DNA of 64,000 bases from Thecamonas trahens ATCC 50062 (taxonomy: Eukaryota; Protista; Apusomonadida): the NCBI RefSeq assembly GCF_000142905.1, contig NW_013657625.1, forward strand, positions 35,690-99,689, given 5' to 3'. The notes beneath the pieces are model-generated. The model searched no databases and had not been told where the DNA came from. It was given only the letters and a program-made list of their open reading frames with translations. The position numbers and the translations under genes are program-made. Positions 10,736 through 21,600 of the stretch are shown one piece after another (within the stretch, counting starts at the first letter, position 1; each line of letters starts with the position of its first letter).

Positions 10736-12011
10736 ATGGACGAGGTGGTAAGTGGAGGTGGGGGTGGGGGTGGAGGTGGGGGTGATGAGGAGGGGGGGGT
10801 TGGCGGGGTGGCAGGGGTGGGGGAGGTGGCGTGGCGAAAGGGTGTGGTGGTGGCTGTCGGTGGGTGGGAGAGGAGGCATCCCCGGTTGCTGTTGCCTTGC
10901 ATGGTGGACAACGTCGAGGCTACGTAGGGGTGGTCCAACGAGGGTTATGGGGGGTACTCACGTCCTGTGCATGGATGGGGGCTCTGGTTGGCTGTAGAGT
11001 GGCATGGATGTAGCTCAGGAAGGCACGCAGGCAAAGGTAGCGGCTGGCGGTGCCGAGGCGGCGGTGGCGGCTGTGCCTCCGGCGGCGGCGGCGGCGACAG
11101 CGACCGCCAGTGCAGCGGATGTGCCGGCAGTGGCGCCAACAGGGGGGGATGTAACGGTGCCAGAGGTGAAGCCGATGCCGGTGCCGGTGCCGGTGGGTGC
11201 CGGTGTGGAAAGCGCCGCACCCGTGGCGGACGACGCTGGGGTGGCCGGGAAGCGGCGGAAGCGCGAGGACGACGACAGCGAGGGCGCGGCGGCAAAGAAG
11301 CGCAAGGGCGTCGACGGAACGGCGGTTGCGGCGGAGCCTGCGGCAGCAGCAGGAGCAGCCGAGAACGCCGAGGTTCCGGTGCCGATGGTCGAGGCCAACG
11401 GTGCCAATGGAGCCGGTGCTGGTGATGCATCTGGTGGCGAGGGTAACGACGACATGTCTGCCGACGAGGTCGAGGCAATGGAGTCACGTTACTCGGACGC
11501 GACGACCAAGCTGCTGACGGAGAAGATTGCGCTGCTGGACAAGGAGATTGCGCTGCTGGAGGACGGCTCTCACGATGGATTTGTGGCCGAGTGCGCCAAG
11601 CACAAGTCGGATCGCGACGAGAAGGTCAAGCTCGCCGAGGCCTGGCGCAATCTGCAGATGGAAAACATCAACAATGTTTACCAGGCCGAAGTTGCCGAGG
11701 CCGAGACACTTTTCTCGTCGTACCAGGCCTCGCTCCGCAAGCGCATGATCGACGTTGTCGCCGAAAAGCGCAAGCGCGTCGAGGAGGAGCGCGCCCTCCA
11801 CCTTGGCCAGTCGATCAAGTCGTCGTCGGCCCGCACGCTCCGTAAGCGCGGCTCGAAGGCCGCCGATGCAGCCGAGACCGCCACACCGCTGCCCGGTGGC
11901 GGCTCAACCTCGCTCGCCCCGGCCCCGCGCATCTCGGGCGGGACCTCGTTTGCGCTGCAGGAGCAGGAGATTCTCGAGGACCTGTATCTTATCCAGAAGA
12001 GCTACGATTGA
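10736..12011 (+). CDS. Sds3/BRMS1-family Sin3-HDAC complex subunit (exons 10736-10747 and 10998-12011)
   Basis: Sds3-like coiled coil LLEDGSHDGFVAECAKHKSDRDEKVKLAEAWRNLQMENINNVYQAE...EKRKRVEEER, plus RTLRKR and a C-terminal LQEQEILEDL. Short exon MDEV joins in frame via GTAAGT...TAG. Confidence 0.8.
10748..10997 (+). other. Predicted spliceosomal intron (250 nt)
   Basis: GTAAGT donor, TACTCAC at 10955-10961, first downstream AG is TAG ending at 10997; phase-0 join is in frame. Confidence 0.65.
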
Positions 12012-12040
12012 ATGCGAGAGTTGCGTGTGTATGCCTCCCC

Positions 12041-13843
12041 TCACCGCGGAAGCTTGGTAAACAGCCGCAGTCGCTGCGCGTTGGCCTTGCGCGAGAGCGA
12101 CGGATCGCCGAGCGGCCGCGGCATTGCGGTGCGGTCGAGCGCAGCCGCGACAGGCGCGGCCAACAGCTCGTCGCTCACCGCACGCGAACTGGTCGGAACG
12201 CCAAGATAGTCGAGAATGGTGGCGGTGGCGCCCGGCATGACCGGCTGGAGCAGCAACGCGGCAGTTTCGACGCTGGCGAGGACGTACGTGACCAGATCGC
12301 TGGCGAGAGCACGATCCTGTTCGTTCGCCGACTTGACCAGGACCCACGGCTCGAGCGCCTGGGTCGCCTTGTTGGCGGCGCGGAGGAGGTCCATGATCTC
12401 GCTGATGCCGCGGGCAAAGCCATGGCTATCAAAGGCGTCTGCAGCGGCGGTCGGCACAGCGTCGAGAGCCCGCAGCAGGGCGGCACACTCGGGCGCAGCG
12501 CCAGCGAAGGTGGCCGCCGGCAGGCCGGGCGGCGCGAGCTCGTGTCCCGGGTTCAGCGCCTTGGACGTGGTCCGCAGCAGAACGTTGGCAAATGTATCCG
12601 CAAGCTCAGCAACTCGCTGCGCCAGCTGGGTGTGCGAGTAGTTGCCGTCGTCGACGAGATTGTTCTCGGTGAGCAGAAAGTAGCGGGCGGCGTCGACCGA
12701 GCCGGCGGCGCCCACCAGATCGGAAGGCGTGACCACGTTGCCGAGCGACTTGGACATCTTGGTCGAGTCGACCGTCCAGTGCGAGTGGACCAAGAGTTGA
12801 TCCGGCAGCGCCTCGTCGAGCGCAAGTAGCATGGCCGGCCAGTACACCCCGTGGAACTTGAGAATGTCCTTGCCGATGACCTGCACCGCCGGCGGCCAGG
12901 CCCGCTGTCTACCGGTGTCGGCCTGTGGCCGCCGTGCAAGCGTCAGATAGTTGGTAAGCGCGTCGAGCCAGACGTAGATGAGCTGCGACGGGTCGCCGGG
13001 CACTTCAATACCCCACTTGACCCGCTGGGCCGGGCGAGAGATGGCCAGGTCTGGCAGCTCGCCCGAGGCCAGCATCCGCTGGAGTGCCGCTGCCTGGTTG
13101 CTCGGCACCACCCAGTCGGGCGTTGCTGCGAGGTGCGCCGCCACCCGCGGGAGCAGCGCCCCGAGCGAGAGCATGTAGTTGGGCTCGCGCACGTACTCGA
13201 GCACGTGGCCCGAGTCTGCCGCCCGCGGCAGCTCCTCGCCGTCAGAAAAGACGCACGACGAGAGCGGAACAAAGGCCTCGTCCGGCACCGAGTACCAGCC
13301 CTCGTACGCACCCGAGTAGATGAGGCCAGCGTCATCCAGCGCCCGCCACACGTTATGGACCTCGGCGATGTGCCGTGCCTCGGTTGTCCGCACAAAGTCG
13401 GCCGCCTCGGCGCCTATCTCGCCTACCATCGACGAGAATTGGGCTGCAACCTCATCGCACAGTGCGAGTGGTGCCTTGCCGGCCACTTCGGCCGCCTGAT
13501 GGACCTTGAGGCCGTGCTCGTCGGTGCCTGAGACCAGAACCGTCGTCTCCTCGCCGGCGCGCACGTTTGCCCATCTCGTCACTGCGTCCGCCACCACCGC
13601 CGTAAACGCGTGCCCCAGGTGCGGCGGCCCGTTGACGTAGAAGATCGGTGTAGTCACCATCTTGGTACCACCACGTGAGCCCGATGTCGCCGCCGCAGCT
13701 GTTGCGCTAGTCAGCCCGCGCGCACACGCCAAAGCCCACCTCTGCCATCCGGCCGCGCCGAACCTGGAAGACCTCTGCACTCCCTTGTACACCGTATACG
13801 TCTGTGTTGCACCCTTGCATGCACGTAGTGTCCTTGCCAGCAT
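12041..13843 (-). CDS. MARS2: Methionyl-tRNA synthetase, mitochondrial type
   Basis: TTPIFYVNGPPHLGH (HIGH), GTDEHGLK, YVWLDALTNY, IGKDILKFH, KMSKSLGN; Arg-rich presequence-like N-terminus. Confidence 0.95.
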   Translation of the reverse strand: MLARTLRACKGATQTYTVYKGVQRSSRFGAAGWQRWALACARGLTSATAAAATSGSRGGTKMVTTPIFYVNGPPHLGHAFTAVVADAVTRWANVRAGEETTVLVSGTDEHGLKVHQAAEVAGKAPLALCDEVAAQFSSMVGEIGAEAADFVRTTEARHIAEVHNVWRALDDAGLIYSGAYEGWYSVPDEAFVPLSSCVFSDGEELPRAADSGHVLEYVREPNYMLSLGALLPRVAAHLAATPDWVVPSNQAAALQRMLASGELPDLAISRPAQRVKWGIEVPGDPSQLIYVWLDALTNYLTLARRPQADTGRQRAWPPAVQVIGKDILKFHGVYWPAMLLALDEALPDQLLVHSHWTVDSTKMSKSLGNVVTPSDLVGAAGSVDAARYFLLTENNLVDDGNYSHTQLAQRVAELADTFANVLLRTTSKALNPGHELAPPGLPAATFAGAAPECAALLRALDAVPTAAADAFDSHGFARGISEIMDLLRAANKATQALEPWVLVKSANEQDRALASDLVTYVLASVETAALLLQPVMPGATATILDYLGVPTSSRAVSDELLAAPVAAALDRTAMPRPLGDPSLSRKANAQRLRLFTKLPR

Positions 13844-13966
13844 GAGAAAAAAGATATGCGGGGGGGGAGGGGGGGGATAGTGGGGGGAGGGGGTGAGGTG
13901 GTGGGGTTACTCGCCACAGAGGGACTGGAGGGGCGGGAAGGCGGAGGGGGAATGGTTATAACTTTG

Positions 13967-14066
13967 NNNNNNNNNNNNNNNNNNNNNNNNNNNNNNNNNN
14001 NNNNNNNNNNNNNNNNNNNNNNNNNNNNNNNNNNNNNNNNNNNNNNNNNNNNNNNNNNNNNNNNNN
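13967..14066. other. Assembly gap (100 N)
   Basis: N-run. Confidence 1.
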
Positions 14067-14226
14067 GGGGAGGGGGGGATCGATGTGTGGCACGATCTGA
14101 GATGGGCGTTGTATCAATGATGAAGGGAGGTTGGGGACGATGATATTGGGTAAGGGATCAAGATGGCTGGACAGGGTGAAGCGGCGAGTTGTGGCAAGAG
14201 AAGGCAGTTCACACACGCACACACAC

Positions 14227-14304
14227 ACATACATACATACATACATACATACATACATGCATGCATACATACATACATACATACATACATACATACATAC
14301 ATAC
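14227..14304. repeat. (ACAT)n tetranucleotide microsatellite
   Basis: About 19 near-perfect ACAT units. Confidence 0.95.
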
Positions 14305-14549
14305 GCTTTCACTCCTTTTACCCATGGCCATCCTCACCATCGCCCATCGCCATCGTCCAACACCATTGCCATCGCCCATCACCATCGCCATGGTCGTGCT
14401 CATGCCGCCAAGGGGGACATGTGGCACTCGCACGTGCCACCACCACCACCACAACCACAACCTCCACAACCACCTCCACCACTCCACCTCCTCCTCCACC
14501 TCCTCCTCCTCCTCCACCTCCCCCCCCCCCCCCCCCCCCCCGTCCGTTC

Positions 14550-15761
14550 ATGCGTGCTTCAGCAGGACCGCGCATCTGCTATGCGGTGATGTTCTTTGTC
14601 CTCGCCCTGGTGGCGTGGGCTTCCTCTCATTGGGCCCACAAGATGGCCTCATGGGTGCCCTCGGTCAACGAGGCGCCCAAGGCGCTGCAGGGCCCTGCTG
14701 CTGTCTACCGCATCCTCGCTGCCCTCGGTATCTTCCACGCCATTCATGCTCTGGCCATGATTGGCCTTCGTTCGCCCGATGATCCGCGCGCTTCCTTTCA
14801 CTCGGGCATGTGGCTGGTCAAGATCCCAGGCCTCGCCGCCCTCATCGTCGCCATGTTCTTTGTCCCCAACTCGGTTCTGGACGCTCTGTCATGGATCGGC
14901 GTCATCTTTGCCGCTGTCTTTGTCCTCCTCCAGCTCGTGCTTCTCGTCGGCTTTGCCCATGACTGGGCCGATGCCTGGATCTCTGCCTGGCACGCCTCGG
15001 AGTCTAACGGGTGGTACAAGGCTCTGCTCGGTGCTACCCTGGCTCTCTACGCCCTCGCCATCGCTCTCACCTCGGTCGGGTACGCCCTGTTTGGCAAGTC
15101 TAGTAAGAACTCGGCGCCCGGCTCTTGCTCGCTTCATCTTTTCTTTATTACCTTTAACCTGCTCGCCTGGCTCATCATTTCGGGCGTGTCGGTCGCGCCT
15201 GCGGTGCAGGAGGCCAATCCGCGGTCGGGCCTGCTGCAGTCTGCGCTTGTGGCAGCGTATGCCTCGTTCCTTGTTCTTTCGGCTATCCTGTCGGAAAACG
15301 CGTCGACGCCGTGCGCCTACGTCCCGACCTCGTCGTCGACGAGTGGGACGACGTCGACGAGCCCGATCCACGTCGCCACGCTTGTCGCTGGCGCCGCCTT
15401 TACCATCGTCTCGGTCTCGTACTCGGCGACCCGGCTTTCGGTCCGCGATGACGAGCTCCGGCTCAGCGACGCCGAGGCCAAGCCGATTCTCGGGCCTGAC
15501 GACGACGCCCGCGACGACGGCGACGCATCTTCGGTCGTTTACTCGATCTCGTGGTTCCACGCCTCGTTTGCCCTCGCCGCCGCCTACGTCGCCATGCTCC
15601 TCACTAACTGGGCCGTCCTCTCGGGTTCGGGTTCGGAGCTCAAGGTCAACTCGGGCAGGGCCTCAGTGTGGATCCAGATGGTCTCATCGTGGATCGCTCT
15701 CCTGCTCTACTTGTGGAGCCTCATCGCACCGGTCGTCCTCTCGGGGCGCGACTTCTCGTGA
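14550..15761 (+). CDS. SERINC: Serine incorporator (SERINC/TMS1) membrane protein; true N-terminus uncertain
   Basis: Multi-TM protein with AVYRI, DPRASFHSGMWLVK, QLVLLVGFAHDW, NPRSGLLQSALV, YSISWFHASFALAAAYVAMLLTNW, WIQMVSSW, LYLWSLIAPVVLSGRDF. Confidence 0.92.
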   Translation: MRASAGPRICYAVMFFVLALVAWASSHWAHKMASWVPSVNEAPKALQGPAAVYRILAALGIFHAIHALAMIGLRSPDDPRASFHSGMWLVKIPGLAALIVAMFFVPNSVLDALSWIGVIFAAVFVLLQLVLLVGFAHDWADAWISAWHASESNGWYKALLGATLALYALAIALTSVGYALFGKSSKNSAPGSCSLHLFFITFNLLAWLIISGVSVAPAVQEANPRSGLLQSALVAAYASFLVLSAILSENASTPCAYVPTSSSTSGTTSTSPIHVATLVAGAAFTIVSVSYSATRLSVRDDELRLSDAEAKPILGPDDDARDDGDASSVVYSISWFHASFALAAAYVAMLLTNWAVLSGSGSELKVNSGRASVWIQMVSSWIALLLYLWSLIAPVVLSGRDFS

Positions 15762-15763
15762 TG

Positions 15764-17347
15764 TCAAGACCAGAATGCTGTGAGCGGCGCCGCCGCCGTT
15801 GTTGTCCTGCTTCTCGAGCCCGAGCTTCGCCGGCCCTTTTTGAGCGGCGGTTGCTGGCTCTTCCATGTCATGTCGGGCACAGGATCGATGGTCGCAAAGT
15901 CCATGCTACGACCGAGCATCGAGCCGCGCTTCCGCGCCAGAGCTTGCGGCGGCCCACTGCCGCCCGCTGGCAACCAACCAGTACCGCTCTGCTGCGGCGC
16001 AGCCATCGGTGGTAGTGGTGGTGCAGGTATGGGCGCCGACACGAGGGCCGAGTGCAGAAACTCGGACGAGAGCGCGCCTGGCTTGCGCTGCCGCTCGTGA
16101 TTCGGCTTGACAATCTGCAGTCGCGCTGCTGCCGGCACTGCAGGTCCGGCTGCGCTCGGGCGACGCCCGCCGGTCCTGCCGGCCTCATCATCATCGGCAA
16201 TGACGATAAACTCAGCTTTGTCATGCTCGCGCTTGCGCTTGCGGACCAGCGTGGGGCTGGTGCCCATCTTTTCCTCCAGCGCAGCGATGCGGGCCTGGAG
16301 AGCCGAGTCATGGGACCTGGACTCGCGGGCGGAGCGGAGCTCAGACTCGAGCTCGGCAACGCGCCTGCGCTCCGAGTCGCGCTCGGAGCGGAGACGGGCA
16401 ACGTCATCGCGGAGGCGGAGGGCGGCGGCCTGATACTTGCGCTTGCGCTTCTCCATGTCCTCAAGATCGGCCTGGGCGTGCTTGAGTGAGAGCAGCCGGC
16501 GCTTGTTCTCGTTGATGAGGTCAAGGCGGTCGTCGATGACCATCTCGACCACTTGCAGCGCCGCGTTCTTGACGCCGGAGAAGCCGCGGTCTGTGGCCTC
16601 GTTGAGCACGGTGATCGCCTGGGCACGCAGTGTGTCCCGGTGCGAGTCCGAGATCGGCTCGTCGCCACTGAAGAGCTCGGCCAGTGTCGCCTTGATCTTG
16701 TATCGCTCAGCCTCGTTGAGTGCCGACCGCAGCTCGGTCCGAGCCTGGCTCAGCTGCTGCGCCCGCTGATCGAGAGCCGAGACCGCAGCCTTGTAGGCGC
16801 CGTCAATCTCCACCATCTTGGCCTTGAGCTTCTTGACCTCGCTCTTGACCTTGCGCGCCGCCTGGTGCTCCTTGTCCCGGGCAACCACGGCGTCGTCGCG
16901 CGCGGCCTCGGCTGCCCTGCACCTGCTCGCTGCCTCCTCCAGCCGCTCGCGGAGAAGATGCAACCTTCCCTGGAGCAACCCAATCTCTCCATCGTTTGCC
17001 CCAGCGCCTGATACGCCCGTCGTGTTGCCATCATCGTCGTCCAGCCCGCTCACCAGGCCCGAGAGATACAGCTTGACCAGTCGGGAGCGAGCGACTTGCG
17101 TCCGGCACATCGGGCACTGCGACGAGAACTCTAGCGCCTGCATCCAGCTGTAGACAAGGAGGAGGTGTGGGGTGGTGAGCATAGAGGGGGGGGGGGGGGG
17201 GGGCATGACATGGATCGCTCGTTCTCCTCGTTCTCCGTACCAGTGTGTGTGGAGGACATGGCCACAGGGCGCAGCCGATACGCTCCCTTCGGCCAAGCAG
17301 CCAAAGCAGACGGTGCAGTCAGAGACCACCACTCGGCGTCCGTCCAT
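15764..17347 (-). CDS. TRAIP: TRAIP/NOPO-like RING E3 ubiquitin ligase (2 exons)
   Basis: After removing intron 17148-17240 the N-terminal RING reads CTVC...PCGHVLHTHCWMQALEFSSQCPMCR...LVKLYL. It is followed by a long coiled coil and a C-terminal LTAFWS resembling the terminal PIP-box of TRAIP. Confidence 0.75.
   Translation of the reverse strand: MDGRRVVVSDCTVCFGCLAEGSVSAAPCGHVLHTHWYGERGERAIHVMPPPPPPSMLTTPHLLLVYSWMQALEFSSQCPMCRTQVARSRLVKLYLSGLVSGLDDDDGNTTGVSGAGANDGEIGLLQGRLHLLRERLEEAASRCRAAEAARDDAVVARDKEHQAARKVKSEVKKLKAKMVEIDGAYKAAVSALDQRAQQLSQARTELRSALNEAERYKIKATLAELFSGDEPISDSHRDTLRAQAITVLNEATDRGFSGVKNAALQVVEMVIDDRLDLINENKRRLLSLKHAQADLEDMEKRKRKYQAAALRLRDDVARLRSERDSERRRVAELESELRSARESRSHDSALQARIAALEEKMGTSPTLVRKRKREHDKAEFIVIADDDEAGRTGGRRPSAAGPAVPAAARLQIVKPNHERQRKPGALSSEFLHSALVSAPIPAPPLPPMAAPQQSGTGWLPAGGSGPPQALARKRGSMLGRSMDFATIDPVPDMTWKSQQPPLKKGRRSSGSRSRTTTAAAPLTAFWS
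17148..17240 (-). other. Predicted intron (93 nt, in frame, no stop)
   Basis: GTACGG donor, TGCTCAC at 17181-17175, CTACAG acceptor; splicing restores a RING cysteine. Confidence 0.8.
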
Positions 17348-17667
17348 AGCCGGGAAAAGGGAATGGCAATAGTCTGAGAAAGTGACGCGGGGAGAGTGTG
17401 TGCGAGGGAGAGAGAGATGGGGGGGTTTGAGCGTGAGTGTGGTCCATGGGCGCGGTGGTGGCACGACCCGCCCCGCCACCCCGGGGCCGTCTCGCAGTAG
17501 AATCAATGACACCGGCCGCCCCGCCAACCGGCCCGCCGCCAACCCACCGGTCCAACCCGCCGCCGGCCCAACCCCGTTACTCGCCCAACGACCGACTCTC
17601 TCGGCAGCCGCTTACCACTCACCCAGCCACCTGACGCAAAGCCCAAGGCCAAGCCCAACGCTCTCCC

Positions 17668-18552
17668 ATGGCACAATATGCACAGGCCGAGTACTGGGAG
17701 AAACGATACGGAGAAGACAAGGAGGCGTTTGAGTGGTACGGCGGATACGAGGCTGTAGCACGGGTCTTCCTCGCCCAGGTGGTGCCCTCGACGCGGGTGC
17801 TCGACGTCGGCTGCGGTACTTCACAGGTTCTGGTCGAGCTGGCAAAGGCTGGCTACTCGCATCTGGTTGGCATCGATGCCGCAGAGTCGGCCATCTCGGC
17901 TGCCAAGGCCCTTGCCGGCGATCTGCCTCAGATGTCGTTCCAGACCGCCGATGCGTCGGCCCTTCCCTTTGACGATGGCTTCTTTGGCGCTGTTCTCGAC
18001 AAGGGCACGCTGGATACGACGCTCGCCGGGCCCAATGCCACTGCCCGTGCACGTGCTATGGTCGCCGAGGCCAGGCGTGTGCTCAAAGACGGCGGCATCT
18101 ACATCGTCGTCTCCATGGCACCCGAAACCGTCCGCCTCCCGCTGTTTAACGAGTTCAAGTGGCGCGTCTCGCTCAAGAACGTCCCCAAGGTCGGCGCCAC
18201 CTCACCGCTGGCAAAGTACACCATGTACGTGTTGACCAAAGTATCCGATGCCCCACTGCATTCCGGCAGGAGCACTCCACGCAGCCGCACTCCACGCAGC
18301 CGCCGCTACTCCTCCAACGCCGCCGACCCGTTCAGCTTTGCCGACTCGATTGGCTCGATCTCTGATCGCGCCCCGTCTGTCACCTCGCTCTCCGAGTTTG
18401 CCGACTCTTCGGGCTCTGGTCGGCGCATCTCTGGCGCCTCCTCCTCGCACCATCTTCGCCACGTCAACGTCTGCTCGTCGTCGTCATCGACGTCGTCACC
18501 ATCGTCGTCGTCGTCCGCCTCGGACTCGTCGGCCGAGTCGGACGCGTCGTGA
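17668..18552 (+). CDS. Class I SAM methyltransferase, EEF1AKMT4/METTL13-N-like, with Ser-rich tail
   Basis: YAQAEYWEKRY, FEWY, VLDVGCGTS (motif I), VLDKGTLD, RVLKDGGIYIVVS. Confidence 0.85.
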   Translation: MAQYAQAEYWEKRYGEDKEAFEWYGGYEAVARVFLAQVVPSTRVLDVGCGTSQVLVELAKAGYSHLVGIDAAESAISAAKALAGDLPQMSFQTADASALPFDDGFFGAVLDKGTLDTTLAGPNATARARAMVAEARRVLKDGGIYIVVSMAPETVRLPLFNEFKWRVSLKNVPKVGATSPLAKYTMYVLTKVSDAPLHSGRSTPRSRTPRSRRYSSNAADPFSFADSIGSISDRAPSVTSLSEFADSSGSGRRISGASSSHHLRHVNVCSSSSSTSSPSSSSSASDSSAESDAS

Positions 18553-18681
18553 CTCGATCATTCGGAGTAGACACGCCTTGCTGCACAACGAACAGATTGC
18601 CTGTGTGGAGGCGCACTACAACATCAGAAGCATGGCGCGGCATGATGGTTTTATCGTCGCCCTGCCGCAGCCGAGACGGGT

Positions 18682-21600
18682 CTATGCCTGCGCCCGCGCC
18701 CGCGCTTTTGCATTCGGCATCTTACGCGCCGCCCGCTCGCCCTCGGCCACGTCGCTCGGCTTGTAGTAGTGCGGCGCGACCTGAGTGAGCCAGCCTGGAT
18801 CGATCTCGATGACTTGCCGCATAAACTCGCGCGAGGTAAAGACGAGCTCAAAGTAAACGACCCACCGCGGGAGCTTTTCGTTGAGACACGACTGCGGGTG
18901 AATGGAGACGCCAAGCTGATGCTTGACCGTCTTGTACGAGCCGCCGGTCCGCGACAACCGCGCTGTGTTGAAAAAGAACCCGGCAGTGACCGCCTTGCGG
19001 ATGGCGACCTCGTCGCCAGTCTCCACCTCGTTGAGCGGAATCTCAACCCGGTCGAGCAGGTGAAGCAGCTGGTCGCGGATGTCCCGCGCCCGACACATGG
19101 TCCGGTACTGCACAAACGACTCCTTGCACCAGTTCTTCGAGTAGCCGGCCGCCGCCCACTCGTTGTACACCGCCAGCAGCATAAGATGGTCGCCGCCATC
19201 CTTGTGGAACGCCTTGTGCGCCGCATCCGCATGCAGAATCTTGTCCTTGGGCCGGAAGAACACCGCGTTGCCCGACGAGAGCATCGCCGCAATGGTCACC
19301 AGCTCCGAGACTACTCCGTATTCGGCGCCGGCAATGATAGCCTTGGCCAGCTGCGGGTCGAGCGGAAACTCGGCCATGCGCCGCCCGAGCTTGGTCAGCT
19401 GGCCGCGGTCGTTGAGCGCTCCGAGCGCGTACAGCTGCTCCAGCGCCTTGGTGATCGCCTCCACAGGCGGCGGGTCCATAAAGTCAAAGTGGATGAGGTC
19501 GTCGATGCCGAGCGACTTGAGCATCAGCACTACGTTGCCCAGATTCGTCCGCTGGATCTCCGGAATGTTGTTTGGCTCGAGCTCGTTTTCAAACGCCCAC
19601 GCCGTAAAGAGCCGGAAGCACTTGCCCGGCGCCACACGCCCAGCACGTCCGGCACGCTGCCGCGCGCCAGCCTGCGAGACCGGCGTCACCACCAGACTCT
19701 CCATTCCCGACCGCGGGTTGAAGCTCTTCTGCTTGCAAAACCCGGGATCGACTACGTACCGGATGCCGTCGATTGTCACAGAGGTCTCGGCAATGTTGGT
19801 GGCGAGCACAACCTTACGGGCGCCTTTGGGCGTCGGAGCAAAGATGTTGGCCTGCAGCTCAGCAGGCAGGTTGGCGTAGATCGGCGCAATAATGAGCTCG
19901 CCCATTGTTGAGCCCGCGCTTCGCCCGCGCTCCTCCAACGCCGCCTGCGCCGTCTCGATCTCGGCCTGTCCGGTGAGGAAGACCAGGACGTCGCCCGCCG
20001 GCTGCGACTTGTGGATCTGCAGCACCGTCATGACCGCCGCGTCCAGGTAGTCGGCCTCAGGTGCCTTGGTGTAGTACAGGTCCACCGGGTACCGCCGCCC
20101 CGGAATAGCAAAGATCGGCGCCATGTCAAAGTAGTCAGAAAACTTTTCCGCGTCAAGCGTCGCAGACGCAATGACAATCCGGATGTCGTCACGGTACCGC
20201 GCAATGTCCTTGATGAGGCCAAAAAGAATGTCTGTCCCAAGCGTCCGCTCATGCGCCTCATCAATAATCATCACAGAGTACGCGCCGAGGTCCGGCGACG
20301 ACATAAACTCACGGAGCAACATACCGTCGGTCATGTACTTGATCACCGTCGCGTCGGATGTGCAATCCTCAAACCGGATCGAGTAACCAACCTCACGCCC
20401 AAGCGTGACGCCGGCCTCCTCGGCCACGCGGGCTGCCACAGACATGGCTGCCACCCGTCGCGGCTGCGTACACCCGATCATCTTGCCGCCACGGGTGTAC
20501 CCGTGCTCGTGCAGGTACTGCGGGAGCTGTGTCGTCTTGCCCGATCCAGTCTCGCCCGTCAGCACCACCACCTTGTGCTTGTCCACCGCGTCGAGAAAGG
20601 CGTCCCGGAACTTGTAGACGGGAAGCGAGCGCCGCACTTCTTGCAGCGACGCGTGTGCCTTGGCATGCGTCTCGGCCGCGCTCGGCGGCTCGGGCACCTC
20701 GCCCTCGCCCGCCAGCCGCGCGTCGCCCGCATCAACCACAAACTCGATGTAGTCCTCCTCCTCCACAAGAAGCTCGTACTTCTTCTCGGTTCCGCGCGGC
20801 GCACCTGGGCCTCCGTTGCCGCCCGCGGCTGCAGCCTTGGCAATCTGTAGTTCCTCCCACGCCTGCTGCTCCGAGAACCCGTCCTTGCTCGTCACCTTGC
20901 CCGCAGCCTCGCTCGGCTCGACGTAACGCGCCTTGAGAAGCTCGGCCTTGGACTTGAGATCGACCTTGCCCTCGTCGGTCACGTACGCCTTTGGCATGAC
21001 GTAGCTCAAGGTCGCTGCCTCCAGCGCCTTCTTGCGCTTAGCTAGCTCCAGCAGCTGCTTCTTGATCTCGTACTCGGCAAGCTCGTCCGCCGTCAGCTCA
21101 CCCTTGCTGAACATCATCTCCTCATCGCGAAGGCTGGCCTCCAGCTCGTCAAGCTGCCGATCCTCGCGCATTTCGAGGTACGACCGGCGCGAGATCTTGC
21201 GCAGCTCGTCGAGCAGCTTGCGTCGCTCGTCGGCGTCCATCTTTCGGCGCCGTTCCGCCTCCTCCCTCCGCTGCGCCGCTGCCGCCGCTTCGCCAATCTT
21301 GCGCGTCCGTGCCTCATCGCGCTGGCGAATCCGCTCGGCCAGTGCATCGCGCTCGGCCTCGTCTTGTGCACGCGCCGCTTCTTTGGCCGCCAGCGCCGCC
21401 TCGTGCGCTGCCTCGGCCGCGTCTGCATCGTACTTGTCGCCGCCGGATCCCACCAAGCCGTGCGCCCGCTTGGCCGTCGGTTCGGAAGCCGCCGATGACG
21501 ATCCACTGCTGCTACTGCTGCCGCCGCTGCCGCTGCTGCTGCTGCTGCTGCTGCCGCCGCCGCCGCCGCTCTCCGCCGCGACGCCACTCACAACAGTGCG

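Noticed and set aside
14114-14540. MYVC/HTYI and poly-Pro peptides
   Set aside because: Translations of the (ACAT)n microsatellite and C-rich leader.
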